The notes beneath the pieces are model-generated. The model had not been told where the DNA came from. It did no database searches and worked only from the letters and a program-made list of their open reading frames with translations. A program made the position numbers and the translations under genes. A DNA stretch of 62,923 nt, filler included. It is 6 parts of 6 records of this genome, joined end to end, with 100 filler letters (N's around TTAATTAATTAA, not from the genome) between each part and the next. Parts side by side here need not be neighbours in the genome. Positions count along the whole stretch, not along the records: positions 3,425 to 27,381 come from SRR20825010_2558; positions 27,482 to 49,351 come from SRR20825010_2562; 4 more parts are not named here. One strand, 5' to 3'. This document shows positions 22,501 to 34,116 of this stretch, one piece after another. How positions within the stretch are numbered: the stretch's first letter is position 1; every line of letters starts with the position of its first letter.

Positions 22501-22747
22501 CGTTTTGTCCTAAGTACTTTCAGAGTGATACGGTTGTTTGTTTGGATTCGGTTGGGCGTCCCGCTGAGGAGACAACTTGGTTTGGTGCCAGCCCGCTTTG
22601 TCTCGCGTACTGGACTTGGTTGGGTGTGGTTTCAATCAGGCTCGTGTTGGTCGTGCGACCGGATCGGAGCCGACAAAGATTCCTCGGGAGGTGAAGACGA
22701 CCAGCGTCGCTGCACTCCATTGTGGTCACCCGTTTGGAAATTTCACG

Positions 22748-23746
22748 TCATTTGCCTTTGCGATATCGCTGATCCACGACTTCGAATTGGTACCCGCTTC
22801 CGCTCGCGGTGCTTTGGAAGATCGTTTTGGCGATCGAAACGACGCTTGGATGTCCTTTTTCTCTGGCGTATTCGAGCTCGATGTGGGCCAGTTCATTTTC
22901 CAACTGTTCCGGAATGAACTTCAACATCTGGCGACCGGTGACGTTGATTCCGGCCTGAGTCAGCAGAGTTCGGTCGAACTGCATCAGGGGGCTGGGTGTC
23001 GTCCACATGAAGTACAGACGCTTTTCTGATTCACTGTCGTCGACGTGCCGCGATTTTGGTTTGCTCGCCAAATTGCTCGCGTAATCGACGCCCTGAACGG
23101 AACCGCCGATCGCCCCGAGCTCGATTTTGTAGTAGTCCAACTGGCTGGCGTATGGCTTCAACCCCTTGGCCGAAAAGTTCAATTGCCAACGTTCAAATCG
23201 TGGAATGATGTCTTCGCCTTCACCCTCGGGACCAGGTGGACGGCTGTCACCCTTTCCGGTGCCCGCGGTGCTGGCTGTCGCACTCGTGTTCATGGTGTCC
23301 AGAGCACCGGCGACGCTGCTGACCGCATCGGTCACCGCTTCGATCGTGTCCTGCAGGGTCGGTTCCATCAACTCTTCGACTTCTTCCGCTCCCGGCGGTT
23401 CAAAGTCGCGTTCGAAACCTTCGGCGTTGTCGGCACGACCGGCCGCGTTCTCTTCGATCGGTGGGAATGACTTGACTCTTTCTGGCATTCGCATCGTCAG
23501 CCAGACGATGAACAGCATCAGAACAAAGGCGCCGATAAACAAAATCAGCGACATGAACAGCGAAGTCACCACGTCGAACTTGCTGGTCCGCAAACGTTCG
23601 CGTTCTTCCAATCGCTGCTTCTGAATCGCGGTCATGCCATCCGTGCCGGCAGAACCCGCCCCTTGCGACGCACCGCCATTGCTCGTGGAGTTTGAATTTT
23701 CGTCGATCTGTGGTTCGTCGATCACGTTCTGATCGGAAGAAGCCAT
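22748..23746 (-). CDS. Hypothetical single-pass membrane protein
   Basis: One TM, acidic/Gly/Pro linker (GTGKGDSRPPGPEGEG), globular C-terminus; first gene of the exbBD cluster. Confidence 0.8.
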   Translation of the reverse strand: MASSDQNVIDEPQIDENSNSTSNGGASQGAGSAGTDGMTAIQKQRLEERERLRTSKFDVVTSLFMSLILFIGAFVLMLFIVWLTMRMPERVKSFPPIEENAAGRADNAEGFERDFEPPGAEEVEELMEPTLQDTIEAVTDAVSSVAGALDTMNTSATASTAGTGKGDSRPPGPEGEGEDIIPRFERWQLNFSAKGLKPYASQLDYYKIELGAIGGSVQGVDYASNLASKPKSRHVDDSESEKRLYFMWTTPSPLMQFDRTLLTQAGINVTGRQMLKFIPEQLENELAHIELEYAREKGHPSVVSIAKTIFQSTASGSGYQFEVVDQRYRKGK

Positions 23747-23919
23747 GTATCAATCCTTGAGCAAGGAACGACCAATTCGTTGGCCAGGAAAAGTGTTTTG
23801 AAGAGGCCGATTGACGACAACACCCATCATAGCGTACTTTCCTTACTTGTCGCCGAGGAACTTGCTCTTTTGAAGCAAGCAAAAGGCAACATTTCCGGGG
23901 CAATACGCCTCAAAATCTC

Positions 23920-23992
23920 GGTTAGATAGCTCAGTTGGTAGAGCACGGCCCTGAAAAGGCCGGTGTCGGCGGTTCGAGCCCGCCTCTAACCA
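23920..23992 (+). tRNA. tRNA-Phe(GAA)
   Basis: Acceptor GGTTAGA/TCTAACC, D arm AGCTCAGTTGGTAGAGC, anticodon arm CGGCC-CTGAAAA-GGCCG, GGTTCGAGCCC; CCA not encoded. Confidence 0.97.
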
Positions 23993-24206
23993 CTTCCATC
24001 TTTCTTGCCTTTCGTCGCCGGAATCACCCGACCGACGAAAGAGCCTCTGATTCGCGGCCGATCACTTCATCGAGCCAAACACGCGTCCGGAACCTTGCCG
24101 GATCAATGCGTGCCCGAATCCAGCGCGTTCCCGGGCTGGTTCTTGCCCTGCCGCCGGCGCCGCCGAAGGATTTCAGCGGCGAGCTCTTACCGGCTACCCA
24201 AACGGA

Positions 24207-25904
24207 CTATTTTCGGCCGATGGCTTCCAAGTAGGCACTCAGTTCCTCGCGAACCTTCGGGAACAGCAGGAACAGCCCAATCATGTTGGGAAAGACCATT
24301 GCGAAAATCATCGCGTCAGAAAATTCGATGACCGAACCCAGCGAAACGGCTGCTCCAATCACCACGACCAAGCAAAACAGCAATTTGTAGGACAAGTCAG
24401 CCGCCGTGCTGCGTCCGAACAGATACTTCCACGATTGCAGACCGTAGTACGACCACGAAATCATGGTTGAAAACGCGAACAGGATGATCGCGATCGTCAG
24501 CAAGTAACGGAATCCCGGCAACACGCTGTCAAACGCGGCCGAGGTCAAATCCACCCCGCCCATTCGAGCACCATCGATCAACACGGTGCTGGTTGCCGAG
24601 TCGACTTGCCCCCAGGCAAACGAATTGTCGGCGTTGAAAAGAACGATCACAATCGCGGTCATCGTGCAGATCACGACCGTATCAATGAATGGCTCCAGCA
24701 ACGCGACGATGCCTTCCGAAGCGGGAAAACGCGTCTTCACGGCCGAGTGAGCAATCGCGGCAGAACCCGCTCCGGCTTCGTTCGAAAATGCGGCTCGACG
24801 GAAACCTTGCACCATCACGCCCAACAAACCACCAAAGCCAGCCTCCAGCGAAAACGCTCCGGAGATGACCTGCCCGATCGCCCAAGGCACGCTTTGAATG
24901 TGCATCAAGATGATCCCGAGTGCGGCGATCACGTACATCAGTGCCATCAGCGGCACGACCTTCTCGGTCACCTTCGCGATTCGCTTGATGCCGCCGATGA
25001 TCACGATCGCGACCAAAACCGCCATCACCAAACCAATGATCGTTCCTGAAGACCCCGTGTCAGGTAGCCCCAGCAAGGACTTGATTTGCTGGGCCGCTTG
25101 GTTGGACTGAAACGCGTTGCCACCACCAAACGATCCGCCCACGCAGAACACGGCAAAAAGCACGCCCAAGACCTTTCCAACGGGCGCCATCCCACGCTCC
25201 GCCAGACCTTTCTTGAGGTAATACATGGGTCCGCCGTGGACCACACCATTGGCATCCACGTCGCGGTACTTCACACCCAAAGTGCATTCGACAAACTTGG
25301 TCGACATGCCCAACAAACCGCAAACAACCATCCAAAACGTCGCGCCAGGCCCACCCGCAGCAACCGCAACGGCGACTCCCGCGATATTCCCCAAACCAAC
25401 TGTTCCCGAAACCGCGGTCGCCAGAGCTTGGAAGTGCGAAACTTCGCCTTCGCCCTCGTCGCGAATGGTGTCGACCAGGTCACCGTCGACCTCCATGACC
25501 TCGACTCCCTTCGGGATGTCTTGGCCTTGTTTCTCAATTTCGTCGAACTTCCCGCTGACCACCTCGATCGCCAAGGGAAACAATCTTAGGTTGATGAACC
25601 CAAACACGATCGTGAAGAACAACGCTCCGCCAACGAGCAAGATCAACACGAACGGCAGGGGACCAACCCCCGGTAACTCCACACTGTAAAAAACAACATA
25701 TCCCCAGTTGTCAGCAATTGGCTTAAAAAACTGATCGACCTGCTGGTCCAGCCCCAACGCCGGTTCAGCAACCGACTCCTCCGCCACCTCCTCTGAGGTC
25801 ACTTCTTCTTGTGCGAATGCAGCCACTCCCCCCGTCCCGAAAAGGACAACAACCAAGGTGGCGATTCTTAGCAAGCTGAAACGAGCGAGCTTTGACAACA
25901 ACAT
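24207..25904 (-). CDS. Alanine/glycine:cation symporter (AlsT/AgcS family)
   Basis: SHFQALATAVSGTVGLGNIAGVA, GGPGATFWM, GGPMYY, FSNEAGAGSAAIAH and LEPFIDT. Confidence 0.95.
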   Translation of the reverse strand: MLLSKLARFSLLRIATLVVVLFGTGGVAAFAQEEVTSEEVAEESVAEPALGLDQQVDQFFKPIADNWGYVVFYSVELPGVGPLPFVLILLVGGALFFTIVFGFINLRLFPLAIEVVSGKFDEIEKQGQDIPKGVEVMEVDGDLVDTIRDEGEGEVSHFQALATAVSGTVGLGNIAGVAVAVAAGGPGATFWMVVCGLLGMSTKFVECTLGVKYRDVDANGVVHGGPMYYLKKGLAERGMAPVGKVLGVLFAVFCVGGSFGGGNAFQSNQAAQQIKSLLGLPDTGSSGTIIGLVMAVLVAIVIIGGIKRIAKVTEKVVPLMALMYVIAALGIILMHIQSVPWAIGQVISGAFSLEAGFGGLLGVMVQGFRRAAFSNEAGAGSAAIAHSAVKTRFPASEGIVALLEPFIDTVVICTMTAIVIVLFNADNSFAWGQVDSATSTVLIDGARMGGVDLTSAAFDSVLPGFRYLLTIAIILFAFSTMISWSYYGLQSWKYLFGRSTAADLSYKLLFCLVVVIGAAVSLGSVIEFSDAMIFAMVFPNMIGLFLLFPKVREELSAYLEAIGRK

Positions 25905-26057
25905 GAAGACTCCTGTACGAAGGACTGATTCGAACCAAAATGATGGGGAGATGGGCCATAGGATAGTGAATCCTTCGCAAACGCGTCGGGGGTTTGTCAC
26001 CAGGGATGTGCCAAGAAACACTCGAAAGCGGCTGAACTCGCAAAAAAGTAGCCTTAA

Positions 26058-27324
26058 GTGACAAAACTCTGCATTCTGAACGTCGTTGGACTGACCCCAA
26101 AACTGCTTCGCCACGCTCCCAACCTCGCCGCAATGGGAAATCACCGGGCTTGGACCAGCCCCGTCCCGGCCGTGACCTGCACCAGCCAAGCGACCATGCT
26201 GACCGGACTGTCACCACGAGATCACGGCATCGTCGGCAACGGTTGGCTATACCGCGACACCCAGGAAATCCGTTTCTGGCAGCAAGCCCGCACGCTGGTC
26301 CAAGGCGACGTTTTTTACGACCGCTACGAAACCGCCAAAATGTTCTGGTGGTTCAACCAATCCACCACAGCCAAGTACGGAGCCACTCCCAAACCGCACT
26401 ATGGATGCGACGGCAGCAAAGTCTTCGACATCCTGGATTGGTCAGGCTGCAACCTGACCGAGAAACTCGGCCCGTTCCCGTTCTTCGGTTTCTGGGGCCC
26501 GGCAGCGGGCATCGCCTCGAGCGACTGGATCGCCAAAGCCACCGCACTGGTCATGCGTGAGAAAAAACCGCAACTGACACTGTGCTACTTGCCGCACCTG
26601 GATTACGACTTTCAACGACTGCCCGATCACGATCCAGCCCGAGTGGCGGAGGTCGACGCCGCCGCTGCCAAAGTCATCGAGGCCGCCGGCGAAATCGGAG
26701 CTCGAGTTGTCGTCGTCAGCGAGTATGGTTTGGTCCCCGTCGACACGCCGGTCGGCATCAACCAAGTCCTCCGCCGCAACGACTGGCTGAAAGTCCGTCG
26801 CGGTCCCTTCGGCGAAATCATGTTACCAGGCGAAAGCGACGCCTTCGCGGTTGCCGATCATCAACTAGCCCACGTCTACGTCCGTCGCCCCGAACTGATC
26901 CCCACCGTTCGCAAAACGCTGGAGGAAACACCCGGCATCGCATCGGTCGTTTCGCCCGGCGACCTGCAACTGGACCATCCACGAAGCGGCGAACTGATCG
27001 CCTTGGCCGAACCCAACGCCTGGTTCACGTACTACTACTGGCTCGACGATGCCAACGCCCCGGACTTCGCGAGAACGGTCGACATCCATCGCAAGCCGGG
27101 CTACGACCCGTGCGAGCTGTTCATGACCAGCAAGCTTCGCGCGGCCGCACGACTGGCTCAAAAGAAAGCCGGTCTCCGCTACAAGATGGATGTGATCCCA
27201 CTGGACCCAAAACTCGTTCGCGGCAGCCACGGCGTCCTCCCGACAGACCACAGCGACGGCCCACTGGTCATCGGCCCCGGTGAGCCACCGGAAACCATGC
27301 AAGGTTTCCCGAACTACGTCGAGC

Positions 27325-27347
<23 letters not shown>
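26058..27347 (+). CDS. Alkaline phosphatase / nucleotide pyrophosphatase family protein (EboF-like)
   Basis: LNVVGLT, PAVTC, YLPHLDY, SEYG, DHQLAHVYV, DIHRKPGYDP and GSHG. Confidence 0.88.
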
Positions 27348-27381
<34 letters not shown>

Positions 27382-27481
27382 NNNNNNNNNNNNNNNNNNN
27401 NNNNNNNNNNNNNNNNNNNNNNNNNTTAATTAATTAANNNNNNNNNNNNNNNNNNNNNNNNNNNNNNNNNNNNNNNNNNNN
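27382..27481. other. Artificial contig linker
   Basis: N44-TTAATTAATTAA-N44. Confidence 0.99.
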
Positions 27482-27483
27482 TC

Positions 27484-27837
27484 ACGCCGGAATTCCGCAA
27501 CCGTCTGGATGGCACCATCCAGTTCCTGCCGCTCACCAGCAAGGTGATTCTGGGTGTGGTCGACAAGTTCCTGGTGGAACTGCAGGCCCAGCTTGATGAG
27601 CGTGGTGTGGTGCTGAACGTGGATGACGCCGCCCGCGCATGGTTGGCTGAGAAGGGCTACGACAAAGACATGGGGGCACGCCCCATGGCGCGTCTGCTCC
27701 AGGAAAAAATCAAGAAACCGTTGGCAGAGAAACTGCTGTTCGGCGAGTTGGCCAGTGCCGGTGGGCAGGTCAATATCACCGAAAAAGACGGGGAACTGGT
27801 GCTTTCCGTAGAAGCGGCCACAGCGGAACCCGCGTAG
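27484..27837 (+). CDS. clpA: ATP-dependent Clp protease ATP-binding subunit ClpA, C-terminus (5' truncated)
   Basis: TPEFRNRLD, GYDKDMGARPMAR, KKPLAEKLLFG; convergent with infA as in other gammaproteobacteria. Confidence 0.93.
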   Translation, partial: TPEFRNRLDGTIQFLPLTSKVILGVVDKFLVELQAQLDERGVVLNVDDAARAWLAEKGYDKDMGARPMARLLQEKIKKPLAEKLLFGELASAGGQVNITEKDGELVLSVEAATAEPA

Positions 27838-27904
27838 ACCAAAGACAGCAGGGCACCTTTCCCTTATAGCAAGGTGCTCGTCTGTCTTGTCCTGGCCACG
27901 CAGA

Positions 27905-27945
27905 ACCAACAAAAAAACCCGGCAATGCCGGGTTTTTTTGTTGGT
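27905..27945. terminator. Bidirectional terminator between clpA and infA
   Basis: ACCAACAAAAAAACCCGGC-AAT-GCCGGGTTTTTTTGTTGGT perfect palindrome. Confidence 0.92.
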
Positions 27946-27969
27946 GTATCCGGCCGGAGCCGTTCCGGG

Positions 27970-28188
27970 TTATTTCATCCGGAAAGTGATGCGTCCCTTG
28001 GTGAGATCGTAGGGAGACATTTCCACTTTTACACGATCCCCTGTGAGGATGCGGATATAAAACTTACGCATCTTCCCGGAGATATGGGCCGTAATTACAT
28101 GACCGTTGTCCAGCTTCACACGAAACATCGTGTTGGGCAGGGTATCAACGATGACACCTTCGAGTTCGATTTGCTCTTCTTTCGCCAT
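27970..28188 (-). CDS. infA: Translation initiation factor IF-1
   Basis: 72 aa; [37 protein letters not shown]. Confidence 0.99.
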   Translation of the reverse strand: MAKEEQIELEGVIVDTLPNTMFRVKLDNGHVITAHISGKMRKFYIRILTGDRVKVEMSPYDLTKGRITFRMK

Positions 28189-28288
28189 CCAACAAATACC
28201 TTGGGTTACCGGCTATTAGCGACGCGCAATTGTGCCGTAAAAGGGCCTTGGCTGCAAAAGAAGTTGGAAAAAGGGTGCAGAGAAAGCC

Positions 28289-29017
28289 TTAACCCCCGGA
28301 ATCACTGGGCTCGGCGTGTTCTTTCCAGCTTCCGCTAGCGAGAATTTCCAGTGGACGGTACTGGCTCTTGTAGCTCATTTTCTGGCATTGGCGAATCCAA
28401 TAGCCCAGATACAGGTAAGGAAGCTGCAATCGCTGGCACTGTTCGATCTGCCACAGCAGCGCCATGACCCCAAGGCTGCGCTCGGGCAAGGCAGGATCAA
28501 AGAAGGTGTACACCGCAGAGAGCCCATCGTCGAGCTGGTCGGTGACGGCCACGGCTACCAGTTTGCCTTTCTGGCGAAATCCGTAGAAATGGGTGTCGGC
28601 CCATTCGCAGGTCAGAAAATTGGTGAACTGTTCTTCCGAGGGCGGGTACATGTCGCCATCGCCATGGCGGTCATTGATGTAGCTGGCATAAAGGTTGTAC
28701 AGCTCGCGACTGAAGCGGGCCGGCTCCCGGTTCACCGCCAGGTCGGCGTTATTCTTGAGGATGCGACGATGGCGCCGGCGCGGCCGGAAGTCATCCACGC
28801 GGACCCGGGCAGGAATGCAGGCATTGCAGCTATCGCAATGCGGGCGATACAGATAATCACCGCTGCGGCGAAACCCCAGCAGGCTCAATTCGCTATAGAG
28901 CTCCGGTGATAGCTGGGCCTGCGGGTCCACAAACAGTGTGGAGGCCTGGCGGTCTTCCAGGTAGCTGCAGCTATGGGCGGGTGTGCGGAAAAAGCGCAGC
29001 GTGGACAAGTCAGTCAT
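28289..29017 (-). CDS. bpt: Aspartate/glutamate leucyltransferase (Bpt; ATE1-like arginyltransferase family)
   Basis: HSCSYL, GFRRSG...YRPHCDSCNAC, SAVYTFFDP, YLGYWI...KMSYK. Confidence 0.92.
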   Translation of the reverse strand: MTDLSTLRFFRTPAHSCSYLEDRQASTLFVDPQAQLSPELYSELSLLGFRRSGDYLYRPHCDSCNACIPARVRVDDFRPRRRHRRILKNNADLAVNREPARFSRELYNLYASYINDRHGDGDMYPPSEEQFTNFLTCEWADTHFYGFRQKGKLVAVAVTDQLDDGLSAVYTFFDPALPERSLGVMALLWQIEQCQRLQLPYLYLGYWIRQCQKMSYKSQYRPLEILASGSWKEHAEPSDSGG

Positions 29018-29066
29018 GGTGCAAGTGTAGCTCAGGGCAGGAGGGCTAAAAAGCCTGACATGCGGA

Positions 29067-29783
29067 TTACAGGGCTTGCAGAGTGGCCCAGTCGAACCGG
29101 CCATCCGGCCAGGGAACAGGAGCGGGCTGGGCCGGAATCCAGTCCCGAAGGCATCGCTCAAAGGCGTCGCGGGGGATCATCTCGGCCCCCATGGACATGA
29201 GATGAGGGTTCTCAATCTGGGCATCAAGCAGGCGAATATCCAGTGTGCGGGCCAGGTTGCGCAGCGCCACCAGTGCTACTTTGGAGCCATTGCGCTGGGG
29301 GGAGGCCATGGATTCACCAAAAAATACCTGGCCCAGCTGAATGCCGTACAAGCAGCCCGCCAGGGTGCCGTTTTGCCAGATTTCCACGCTGTGGGCGTAG
29401 CCAAGTTGGTGTAATTGGCAGTAGGCCTCTATCACTTCCTCGCTGATCCAGGTGCCGGGTTCGCCCTGGCGCGGGGCGGCGCAGGTGCGCATCACTGTTT
29501 CAAAGTCGCGATCAACGGTGACGGTGAAATCCGCCTGACGTAGATGCCGGGACAGGCTGCGGCTGACATGCAGCTGCTCCAGCCAGATCACACAGCGGGG
29601 CGCCGGACTCCACCACAGAATGGGTTGGGTTTCCGCGTTGTACCAGGGGAAGATGCCGGCGGAATACGCCTGCAGAAGGGTTTGCGGGTGGAGATCCGAC
29701 CCGGCAGCCAGCAGGCCGTCCGGGTCGGTGAGGGCGAGGCGGGTATCAGGGAAAGGCTCCCCAGCTTCCAGCCATGGCACCAT
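29067..29783 (-). CDS. aat: Leucyl/phenylalanyl-tRNA--protein transferase
   Basis: GLLAAG, GIFPWY, ILWWSP, TWI, AHSVEIW, FFGESM. Confidence 0.95.
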   Translation of the reverse strand: MVPWLEAGEPFPDTRLALTDPDGLLAAGSDLHPQTLLQAYSAGIFPWYNAETQPILWWSPAPRCVIWLEQLHVSRSLSRHLRQADFTVTVDRDFETVMRTCAAPRQGEPGTWISEEVIEAYCQLHQLGYAHSVEIWQNGTLAGCLYGIQLGQVFFGESMASPQRNGSKVALVALRNLARTLDIRLLDAQIENPHLMSMGAEMIPRDAFERCLRDWIPAQPAPVPWPDGRFDWATLQAL

Positions 29784-29803
29784 GCGGTGGCCCTCCGGGT
29801 CTA

Positions 29804-30754
<951 letters not shown>

Positions 30755-31103
30755 TTACTCCAGTAAATATATAGGTTGGGCAGGTGGGTGGGCACGTAAT
30801 GCCGCGTCCGTCCTTGCGCGTCCAACTGTGGGGGCAAAGCCTGCACATTCAAGGCAGTGAAAACTACCGTAAAACCGGGTCGTCGTGAAGCCTGATCATG
30901 GGCTATTAGTGCGATAGGAAGAGGTGACTGCCCGGGGGGCGAGCCGCAGATTGCCGCTATTTTGTGCGATAATGCCGTGCGCCCGGGAACACCGGGAGGG
31001 GCAAAGCTGGCCGCCCTCACTGTGATTGACTACAATCGCAATAATTTCAATCCGTTATCAGCTATTCTTTATCCAATAGTTTGACTTTATTGAGGGGCAA
31101 GGC

Positions 31104-33422
31104 GTGAGTAAAACGGTTGCCGGGCAAGGACAGTCCGGGTTTTCCCGCCATCTCAAACGCGGTTTGGTGGAAGGCATGGTGATTGCTCTGATTGCCTTTT
31201 CCCTTTACCTGCTGCTGGCGTTAATCAGTTTCGATAGCCGTGATCCCGGCTGGTCCTATGTGGGCAACGTGGATGCGGTCCGCAATGCCATGGGGCGGGT
31301 AGGGGCGTTCAGCGCCGACCTGCTGCTGGGTCTGTTTGGCTATATGGCCTACCTGTTTCCGGTGCTGTTGGGCTTTTGGGCCGGCAAGGTGTTGCGTGAG
31401 CGTCATGCCGGGTTGCCGGGGAGCTGGCCGTTGTTCAGCCTGCGTTTGGTGGGCTTTATCCTGACTATGCTGGCGGGCACCGCGCTGTCATACATGCATT
31501 TCACCGTGGGCGATACGCTGCCGGAAGGCGCCGGGGGCATTCTCGGCCATGAGGTCGGTGATGCCTCCCTGGCCGGGTTCAACCCGCTGGGCGGTACCTT
31601 GATGATGGTGGCGCTGTTTCTCATTGGCGTGACCATCTTTACCGATTTGTCCTGGATCGCTTTGGCTGAAGGGCTGGGCGCGCTGGTGCTCGGTGCTATC
31701 GAGAAAGTGCCGGCCTGGTGGCAGGCACGAAAACGCCAGCGCGAAGAGCAGCGACAGAAGAAAGAAGCCCACGAGAAGCGCGCCAAGGTCATTACCGAGG
31801 CGAAGAAAAAGGCAGAAACGCGAACCCCGCCGAAAATTGCCAAACCCGCCAAGCCGGTGGAAAAAAGCGCGCGGGTTCAGAAAGAAAAACAGCAGAAATT
31901 GTTTACCACGGAAGTGTCCGGTGAGCTGCCTCCTGTAGGCCTGCTGGATGCGGTGGAAGAATCCACGGGCGGTTACTCTGAAGAGGCCCTGGAGGGCATG
32001 TCTCGCCTGCTGGAAATCAAGCTCAAGGATTTCAATATCGAGGCGGAAGTGGTGGCGGTGCAGCCTGGCCCGGTGATTACCCGCTTCGAGATTCAGCCGG
32101 CAGCAGGGATTAAAGTCTCCAAGATCACCAATTTGGCCAAGGATCTGGCCCGTTCCCTGGCAGTGATTAGCGTGCGTGTGGTGGAAGTCATTCCCGGCAA
32201 GACCACCGTGGGGATCGAGATTCCCAACGAACAACGGGAAATGATCCGCTTCACGGAAGTGGTCGGCACACAGATGTTTGACCAGGCACCGTCGCCGTTG
32301 ACCATGGCGCTGGGCAAGGACATTTCCGGCGGGCCGGTGATGGCCGATCTGGCCAAAATGCCCCATTTGCTGGTGGCCGGTACCACCGGTTCCGGTAAGT
32401 CCGTGGGCGTAAACGCCATGCTGCTGTCCATGCTGTTCAAATCCAGCCCGGATGATGTTCGCCTGATTTTGATCGATCCCAAAATGCTGGAACTGGCGGT
32501 CTACGATGGCATTCCGCACCTGCTCACCCCGGTGGTCACCGACATGAAGGAAGCGGCCGGTGCGCTGCGTTGGGGTGTGGGCGAAATGGAGCGTCGTTAC
32601 CGTCTGATGGCCTCCATGGGGGTGCGGAATATCTCCGGTTATAACCGCAAGGTTGACGACGCCAAGAAGAAAGGCGAGCCCCTGAAGGACCCGCTGTGGA
32701 AGCCGGATGACCCAATGAATCTGGATGAGGAGGCGCCGCTGGCCGAGCACCTGCCTTATATCGTGATCGTCATTGATGAATTTGCTGACATGATGATGAT
32801 CGTGGGCAAGAAGGTGGAAGAGCTGATCGCCCGTATCGCCCAGAAAGCACGGGCAGCCGGGATCCATCTGATTCTGGCCACCCAGCGTCCGTCAGTGGAT
32901 GTGATCACTGGCCTGATCAAGGCCAACGTGCCGTCGCGCATCGGCTTCCAGGTATCGTCCAAAATCGACTCCCGTACCGTGCTGGATCAGGGCGGGGCAG
33001 AGCAGCTGCTGGGCCACGGTGACATGCTTTATTTGCCCGGCGGCACCAGTGTTCCGGAACGTGTTCACGGCGCCTTTGTCTCAGATGAAGAGGTGCACCG
33101 GGTTTGTGACGATTGGCGCAAGCGCGGCGAGCCCAATTATCTGGAAGAAATTCTCGATGGTGGCAGCGACCTCAATGCACCGATGCCTGGCATGGAAAGC
33201 GCCGGCGACGGCAGCGATGACGAGAATGACCCGCTTTACGATGAAGCGGTGGCGATCGTCACCGAGTCTCGCCGTGCGTCCATTTCGTCGGTGCAGCGGA
33301 AACTGAAAATTGGCTATAACCGTGCCGCCCGCCTGGTGGAAGCCATGGAAATGGCAGGGGTGGTCACCGAGGCCGGTAACAATGGCCAGCGCGAAGTGAT
33401 CGCGCCGCCGCCGGTCAAATAA
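31104..33422 (+). CDS. ftsK: DNA translocase FtsK
   Basis: N-terminal TMs, [20 protein letters not shown], gamma domain [19 protein letters not shown]. Confidence 0.98.
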   Translation: MSKTVAGQGQSGFSRHLKRGLVEGMVIALIAFSLYLLLALISFDSRDPGWSYVGNVDAVRNAMGRVGAFSADLLLGLFGYMAYLFPVLLGFWAGKVLRERHAGLPGSWPLFSLRLVGFILTMLAGTALSYMHFTVGDTLPEGAGGILGHEVGDASLAGFNPLGGTLMMVALFLIGVTIFTDLSWIALAEGLGALVLGAIEKVPAWWQARKRQREEQRQKKEAHEKRAKVITEAKKKAETRTPPKIAKPAKPVEKSARVQKEKQQKLFTTEVSGELPPVGLLDAVEESTGGYSEEALEGMSRLLEIKLKDFNIEAEVVAVQPGPVITRFEIQPAAGIKVSKITNLAKDLARSLAVISVRVVEVIPGKTTVGIEIPNEQREMIRFTEVVGTQMFDQAPSPLTMALGKDISGGPVMADLAKMPHLLVAGTTGSGKSVGVNAMLLSMLFKSSPDDVRLILIDPKMLELAVYDGIPHLLTPVVTDMKEAAGALRWGVGEMERRYRLMASMGVRNISGYNRKVDDAKKKGEPLKDPLWKPDDPMNLDEEAPLAEHLPYIVIVIDEFADMMMIVGKKVEELIARIAQKARAAGIHLILATQRPSVDVITGLIKANVPSRIGFQVSSKIDSRTVLDQGGAEQLLGHGDMLYLPGGTSVPERVHGAFVSDEEVHRVCDDWRKRGEPNYLEEILDGGSDLNAPMPGMESAGDGSDDENDPLYDEAVAIVTESRRASISSVQRKLKIGYNRAARLVEAMEMAGVVTEAGNNGQREVIAPPPVK

Positions 33423-33431
33423 GGAGATTGA

Positions 33432-34061
33432 ATGAAGAAGTTGCTGTTGAGTCTGACGTTGGTGCCTGCTGTCTTGTTTGCGTCTACCGCATGGGCTGAC
33501 GCCACGGATGATCTGCTGGATCGCCTGCAGGCACTCAAGTCCATGAAAGGGGAGTTTGAGCAGGTGGTGCTGGATCAAGGCGGCACGCACATGCAGGAAG
33601 CCACAGGCCGTTTTCAGGTGGCCCGCGGGAACCAGTTTTACTGGCTCACGGAGTCTCCCTTCGAGCAGATGGCGGCCTCTGACGGCAAAACCGTCTGGGT
33701 TTACGACAAGGACCTGGAACAGGTAGTGGTGCGTCCCCTGAGCCAGGATCTGGGCCAAACTCCGGCTCTGCTGTTTGGTGGCAAGCCTGCCGATGTGGCC
33801 AAGGCATTCAGTATTTCTGAGCGCGATAATCAGGGTGGCGAAGTCACGTATCGGCTTACGCCGAAAGGCCAGGACCCGCTGTTCGACCAGCTGGATGTGA
33901 CCTTCAAGAGCGGCGAGCCGGCATCCATGCGGCTGCAGGATGCACTGGGCCAGCAGACGGTCATCGACTTCAAGAGTCTGACCGTGAACGGTGGTATCGA
34001 CAGCAACCTGTTCCACTTCGAGCCGCCTGAAGGCACGGATGTCATTCAGCAACAACAGTAA
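33432..34061 (+). CDS. lolA: Outer-membrane lipoprotein carrier LolA
   Basis: Signal peptide, SDGKTVWVYDKDLEQV, TPALL, FHFEPPEGTDVI; synteny. Confidence 0.95.
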   Translation: MKKLLLSLTLVPAVLFASTAWADATDDLLDRLQALKSMKGEFEQVVLDQGGTHMQEATGRFQVARGNQFYWLTESPFEQMAASDGKTVWVYDKDLEQVVVRPLSQDLGQTPALLFGGKPADVAKAFSISERDNQGGEVTYRLTPKGQDPLFDQLDVTFKSGEPASMRLQDALGQQTVIDFKSLTVNGGIDSNLFHFEPPEGTDVIQQQQ

Positions 34062-34116
34062 TTGAGGCCGTGGCCGGAGTTCCCGGCCGCTGCCCGGTCA
34101 CCAGTAGGCGTTTTCC

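Noticed and set aside
23935-24234. ORF overlapping tRNA-Phe (likewise 42465-42704 over tRNA-Ser)
   Set aside because: The sequence is explained by the tRNA cloverleaf.
27484-29783. clpA with bpt and aat as a novel system
   Set aside because: Known N-end-rule gene neighbourhood in Pseudomonas-like gammaproteobacteria.
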